Of a stretch of 64,000 nucleotides of DNA, positions 60,139-64,000 are shown one piece after another. Positions within the stretch are counted from its first letter, which is position 1. Every line of letters starts with the position of its first letter. The translations under genes were made by a program, and so were the position numbers. The stretch is from an uncultured Muribaculaceae bacterium (lineage in GTDB: Bacteria > Bacillota_I > Bacilli_A > RF39 > UBA660): the NCBI GenBank assembly GCA_964491535.1, contig CAZBGR010000002.1, forward strand, positions 3,440-67,439. Reading direction: 5' to 3'. Under the pieces are notes generated by a model. It searched no databases. It was given only the letters and a program-made list of their open reading frames with translations, and had not been told where the DNA came from.

Positions 60139-60689
60139 AAAGGCATCACCGTCCCAAACTCTACCGACATTCCCCCACCCAAGAAATTATCAAGAATAAT
60201 TCTTAAATCCTCATTACTTGTTTGAGTAGCATTTAAACCACAGCCTGCCATCCCATTAATCAAGGATCTAATCTTTTTTTGAATAATTTCAGGGTCCTTA
60301 TCCTTAAACAAAATATAATATTCAGTATCAACCACATTATTAGCCATAAACATATTAGCTTTATTAATATCCTCAGTTATCAATTTTCTAAGTTGTGTCC
60401 CTTGAACGTTATTATATAAGAGTTGTAATTGAGATAAATAAAGATTAATATCAACCGGACGATCGGCTACTATTACCCAAAATTCATAATCAATCATATT
60501 GTAAAAATTACGAAGACCTCCAATAACATTCATTTGCGAATCCTCATCTAAAATAAATATATTTCGAGGACTAACTTTGATTCCAGTTACTTTAGTGTTA
60601 TCATCTAAAATTATCATCCCATTAGTTATATTTTTAACTGGTACCCAATCCTCAGTATATTTACTTTTTGGCCTCTTCTTGGTATTCAT
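60135..60689 (-). CDS. T4SS-associated hypothetical protein (184 aa)
   Basis: Translationally coupled to virB4 (ATGA overlap); no recognisable motif. Confidence 0.4.
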   Translation of the reverse strand: MNTKKRPKSKYTEDWVPVKNITNGMIILDDNTKVTGIKVSPRNIFILDEDSQMNVIGGLRNFYNMIDYEFWVIVADRPVDINLYLSQLQLLYNNVQGTQLRKLITEDINKANMFMANNVVDTEYYILFKDKDPEIIQKKIRSLINGMAGCGLNATQTSNEDLRIILDNFLGGGMSVEFGTVMPL

Positions 60690-60987
60690 TAATACACCAT
60701 CCTTTCCATATATAAAGTCTTCTTTCTGTTAAAAACTTTAAACCAGATTTAATAACTGTTAATACATTATGATAATTAGGAATCGGCAAAACTAAAAACC
60801 CAGCCAATAACCCCGGTCCTAAAATAATAACCGTTTTCAACAAATTATCAGTTGACAATGTAAATAACAATATTAAAGTTATAGAAACCCCTACCGCCAA
60901 TAATATTAAGTCATTAATCATAAAAACATTAAAAATTAAAGCCCCTCTTTTAGTATTAGCTGGTATCAAATAAGTATTTTTATTCAT
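60661..60987 (-). CDS. Small two-TM protein, TcpE/VirB3-like
   Basis: 108 aa with two hydrophobic helices; position immediately upstream of VirB4. Confidence 0.4.
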   Translation of the reverse strand: MNKNTYLIPANTKRGALIFNVFMINDLILLAVGVSITLILLFTLSTDNLLKTVIILGPGLLAGFLVLPIPNYHNVLTVIKSGLKFLTERRLYIWKGWCINEYQEEAKK

Positions 60988-60993
60988 TCACTA

Positions 60994-61485
60994 TCACCTT
61001 TCCTTTTTATTATTAATGATTTCCAATAACATTTGGTTTTCTTCATATTGTTTTATCAAATTATATTTTTCACAATCATCTGGACAAATATTTTTTACTT
61101 TTTCAAATTCCTTTTCTATACAATCTAAAGCCTCTTTAACTTTTTCATATTCATTTTTAACCCTTAAATAATAATCCTTTAACGAAATTACTATACCCTT
61201 TTGATGATCAATTATAAAGTTTTTGTTTTCATCAAGAAGAACCTCATTATTAGTATTTATAGTTACCATTGCGTTAGGATGGTTAGCAAACCATATGTTA
61301 ACAATTTTAAATTGATTTTCTATACTCTCAAAATAAATTTTAATTAATTCTGCCCTTTCATAAACTTTACTAAAAAGATTAGAAAAAACAGCATATTTAC
61401 TTCCCCTTTTATTTATTTCTATTAATAACTTTTTAAGTCTTTTTTGTTGATGTTTTAATAAATGTTGATATTGACTTGGATTCAT
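60994..61485 (-). CDS. T4SS-associated hypothetical cytoplasmic protein (163 aa)
   Basis: No recognisable motif; sits in the conjugation cluster. Confidence 0.35.
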   Translation of the reverse strand: MNPSQYQHLLKHQQKRLKKLLIEINKRGSKYAVFSNLFSKVYERAELIKIYFESIENQFKIVNIWFANHPNAMVTINTNNEVLLDENKNFIIDHQKGIVISLKDYYLRVKNEYEKVKEALDCIEKEFEKVKNICPDDCEKYNLIKQYEENQMLLEIINNKKER

Positions 61486-61588
61486 GCTTTATTTCCTTTC
61501 ATTAATTGAATGTATCTAAATTTTAATGAAATATATAAATAATTTAAAAGTTTTGAATTCCATCATTTAGTCAAATTTACTGTTATAC

Positions 61589-63388
61589 TCATACTACCCC
61601 ACCCCAATCTCCCGTTGTTTTAGTAGATGACGATGAAGAAGTTGCAGCACCAGCAGCTTTAGTTACTTTTTCTGCATCTTCCCTAGCCCTAATAAGATCA
61701 TACATTTCTCCATCTTTTTTATGTGCCTTTTTAACAGTAGTAAAGCGTTCTTCAGCTGTTTTGGCACTACCTTCTAATTTTTTGAATTTTATCAATTCTT
61801 CCGTATATTTATCTTCACTAAGGCTTCCTGTTCTAAATTTATTTTCTGTAACAGCAAAATCATTAGAAGCATATTTTAATTGTTCTTTAAGAGCTTGATA
61901 ATTTCTGTTTGCATTTATAAAACTAGCAGAATCATAAGCGTTTTGTTCGGCATTAATTTTAGCCATAGCTTGTCCCATGCTATCCTCACCCCTATTTTCT
62001 GCATCTTTTTCTGCAGTAAACATTTGCTTCCATATGTCATTAGTAGCCTTTTCATCATCTTTTTGTTGTTTAAGATAGGCTCCCCTTTGGGCTTCTGCTT
62101 GCCATTTATCCGCTGTTCTTCCCAATCCCCATCGATACCCTTCCCCTTTTATTCCTTTACCAACATCACCTACTGTTTTAAATGGAGATGTTAAAGCAGC
62201 TTTACCTTGCCCTAAAACATTGCCTTTAGCACCCCAAACCCCTCCAGCTCCAGACTTTATTCCGGACCAAGCTCCACCTAAAATACTTTTACTTCCACCT
62301 TCAATGCCACCTGTTATTCCCCCAGCTATACCACCTAATGCCGTAGCTGCGCCACCTAAAGCTAAACCTGTACCAAAACTGGCCGCTCCTTTTAAGGCCT
62401 TACCTAAAGTTCCAAAGCCCATATCTTCAACCCCAAATAAATCAGCAATCATCTTTGGAACATCTTTTGCAAATAATAATAACCCCACAATTACTAAAAT
62501 CTTAAGAAAGAAACCCTCTTCTTTCAAATTTACAAATTCTTCTTGAATTACATCAAATGCAAAAACCATAAATGCTATTGCTGCCATCCTTAAAAATAAC
62601 AATACATAAGTATCAACGCTAAGTTTTTGCCATTTGCTAAAAAATCCCGACTCCGATGATTTTGGATCAATATAAGACATAACAGCTATTGGAGCTATCA
62701 TTTGTAAAAAGGCTAGTTTTACAGTCCTAACAGCTATATCCAAACTATAAACCAGTAACATTATTAAAACAAAACCGCCTGCTGCTAAGGAAAATATCCA
62801 TAAATATTCGTATTTAAAATCATCACCCATCCTAATTTTATCATTTAAAACCTCTTGCATAGCAGAAAGGTTTGTTATGTCCTCTAGTAATTCATTTAAT
62901 TCGTTTTCACAATAGGACGGAGCATCTTTATTGCACTTTAAAAAAGATGATAAGGTTTCTTTTCCTATCTCCTGCCCTGCAGAAATATTAGTTTCGTTAG
63001 TTCCCATAAAAATTCTCATAAAAATATTTCTCTTGCCTTCAGGATCAATAAGAACCCTTTGAATTCGAAACCCATAACTAAATATAAAAGGAATTAATAC
63101 TATCAAAGCAAGTGCAATCATCGACCTTTGAATAATCTTGCCAAACCCCTGATTTTGATCGGTTAACAAATCTGGATTTACAACCGTCGTAATTAAACTA
63201 AAAGCCAATCTAAACAACATAAATAACGCTAATAAGGCATATATATTTTTAGCAAAACCATCGATTTTACCTTCAAAAAGGTCTAATACTGACACTTTTA
63301 CAATTAAATCATATATCCTTGGAATCATTCCGTATATCAAACGATCCAAAGCAAAAAAGATAGTTCGAAGGACACTTACAAAAAACAT
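61589..63388 (-). CDS. VirB6/TrbL-like polytopic membrane protein with glycine-rich and coiled C-terminal region
   Basis: N-terminal half has multiple TM helices; C-terminal GKALKGAASFGTGLALGGAATALGG... Gly-rich tract, then a charged tail. Confidence 0.55.
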   Translation of the reverse strand: MFFVSVLRTIFFALDRLIYGMIPRIYDLIVKVSVLDLFEGKIDGFAKNIYALLALFMLFRLAFSLITTVVNPDLLTDQNQGFGKIIQRSMIALALIVLIPFIFSYGFRIQRVLIDPEGKRNIFMRIFMGTNETNISAGQEIGKETLSSFLKCNKDAPSYCENELNELLEDITNLSAMQEVLNDKIRMGDDFKYEYLWIFSLAAGGFVLIMLLVYSLDIAVRTVKLAFLQMIAPIAVMSYIDPKSSESGFFSKWQKLSVDTYVLLFLRMAAIAFMVFAFDVIQEEFVNLKEEGFFLKILVIVGLLLFAKDVPKMIADLFGVEDMGFGTLGKALKGAASFGTGLALGGAATALGGIAGGITGGIEGGSKSILGGAWSGIKSGAGGVWGAKGNVLGQGKAALTSPFKTVGDVGKGIKGEGYRWGLGRTADKWQAEAQRGAYLKQQKDDEKATNDIWKQMFTAEKDAENRGEDSMGQAMAKINAEQNAYDSASFINANRNYQALKEQLKYASNDFAVTENKFRTGSLSEDKYTEELIKFKKLEGSAKTAEERFTTVKKAHKKDGEMYDLIRAREDAEKVTKAAGAATSSSSSTKTTGDWGGVV

Positions 63389-63405
63389 TTTTCACATCCG
63401 TTCTA

Positions 63406-64000
63406 TTAATTAAATATACAAAGCATAGGATTAGCCTTTTCGACTATTCCTGCTAAATATGCCAAATAAAACATAAGTTTTATTAAAGATGGTAATAAAA
63501 ACAAAATAACAGCAGCTAATAATCTTTTCATAAAATTAGATTGAGATTTTTTCATCGCTTCATCATCAGAAGCAAAAGTTGCTTTAGCCAAATCTAACGA
63601 ACCTAATAAAATAACTAATATCGGAACAATTAGCATTATCATCCTATATATATCTTTTAAAATGTTCCCTTCTTCATCTTCAAAATCCTGACATTGAACA
63701 GCAATAGAATCTTTTCTTTTTTTTTGATATGGTGATGTTGTTGTTTCATCTGAAATTTCCACTTCGGAAGGGTCAGTATATTTATCAACTTCTTCATCTT
63801 TAAGTTTTAAAACAGAAGGTGAAACTATATAAAGTACACCTGCACGCCCACTAGGTGAAGATGGTTTAGTAGCATAAACATATATTCTAGGAGGGCAAAA
63901 CAAAGCCGGTTCTTCATTAGCATTATAAAAATTTGATGGCTGGAAATTTGAAATGTCATATTTTATATCTGCACTATTACTTTTAGGTTCTTTTAACGAT
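63406..64000 (-). CDS. Membrane protein with two C-terminal TM helices, T4SS-associated; N-terminus lies beyond the window end
   Basis: The frame stays open to position 64000 (own translation ...SLKEPKSNSADIKYDISNFQPSNFYNANEEPALFCPPRIY...). The ORF-track M at 63903 is an internal TTG. Confidence 0.5.
   Translation of the reverse strand, partial: SLKEPKSNSADIKYDISNFQPSNFYNANEEPALFCPPRIYVYATKPSSPSGRAGVLYIVSPSVLKLKDEEVDKYTDPSEVEISDETTTSPYQKKRKDSIAVQCQDFEDEEGNILKDIYRMIMLIVPILVILLGSLDLAKATFASDDEAMKKSQSNFMKRLLAAVILFLLPSLIKLMFYLAYLAGIVEKANPMLCIFN

Larger units (their letters stand above)
53467..64000 (-). mobile_element. Conjugative type IV secretion (ICE/plasmid-like) gene module, Gram-positive type; continues beyond the window end
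   Basis: A co-oriented, tightly packed run of VirB6/TrbL-like, TcpE/VirB3-like, VirB4, cell-wall hydrolase, lipoprotein and VirD4 homologues, several with 4-nt overlaps. No relaxase or integrase lies within the window. Confidence 0.7.

Noticed and set aside
62220-62546. Proline-rich 108-aa plus-strand ORF (MPLAPQTPPAPDF...), and the 61880..62194 plus-strand ORF
   Set aside because: They are antisense to the Gly-rich (GGN codon) region of the VirB6-like gene; a CCN-codon mirror artefact.
1-64000. CRISPR arrays, tRNA/rRNA genes, IS elements or transposases
   Set aside because: No regularly spaced direct repeats, no tRNA-like T-loop/acceptor patterns in intergenic regions, and no DDE/serine/tyrosine recombinase-like ORFs were seen in this window.

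Overview
This window is very AT-rich (GC roughly below 30% by eye) and uses the standard genetic code; TGA is a real stop (for example secY). It reads like a low-GC Firmicutes / Tenericutes-like genome. Coding density is high and almost everything is on the minus strand; only an LCP-family gene and rpmB are on the plus strand.

Content from high to low coordinate on the minus strand:
- A conjugative type IV secretion module at ~53.5-64 kb, open at the window end. It contains a VirB6/TrbL-like protein, a TcpE/VirB3-like protein, a VirB4 ATPase, a membrane-anchored peptidase_C39-like hydrolase, a lipoprotein and a VirD4-type coupling protein.
- Housekeeping genes: tdk, a short Rel/SpoT-like HD protein, argS, pyruvate:ferredoxin oxidoreductase, yqeG, yqeH, rpmB, dnaE, pcrA, an M15 peptidase, ligA, comK, a GGDEF protein, YihY, an ABC exporter and LtaS.
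- A surface-protein pair at 20.3-23.7 kb: a dockerin-bearing peptidoglycan hydrolase next to a cohesin-like membrane-anchored protein.
- The complete S10-spc-alpha ribosomal-protein cluster (rpsJ through rplQ, with secY, adk, map, infA, rpmJ and rpoA), then ecfA1-ecfA2-ecfT-truA, a TVP38-family membrane protein, a truncated UDG-like ORF and partial rmuC.

Notable oddities:
- A type IV pilin-like LamG gene is split by a frameshift at a T8/A8 homopolymer.
- adk has no canonical start codon; the only candidates lie immediately after the secY TGA.
- A ~65-nt promoter-to-terminator unit sits upstream of rpmB.

No rRNA, tRNA or CRISPR array is visible. All calls come from reading the translations and sequence by eye; no database search was possible.
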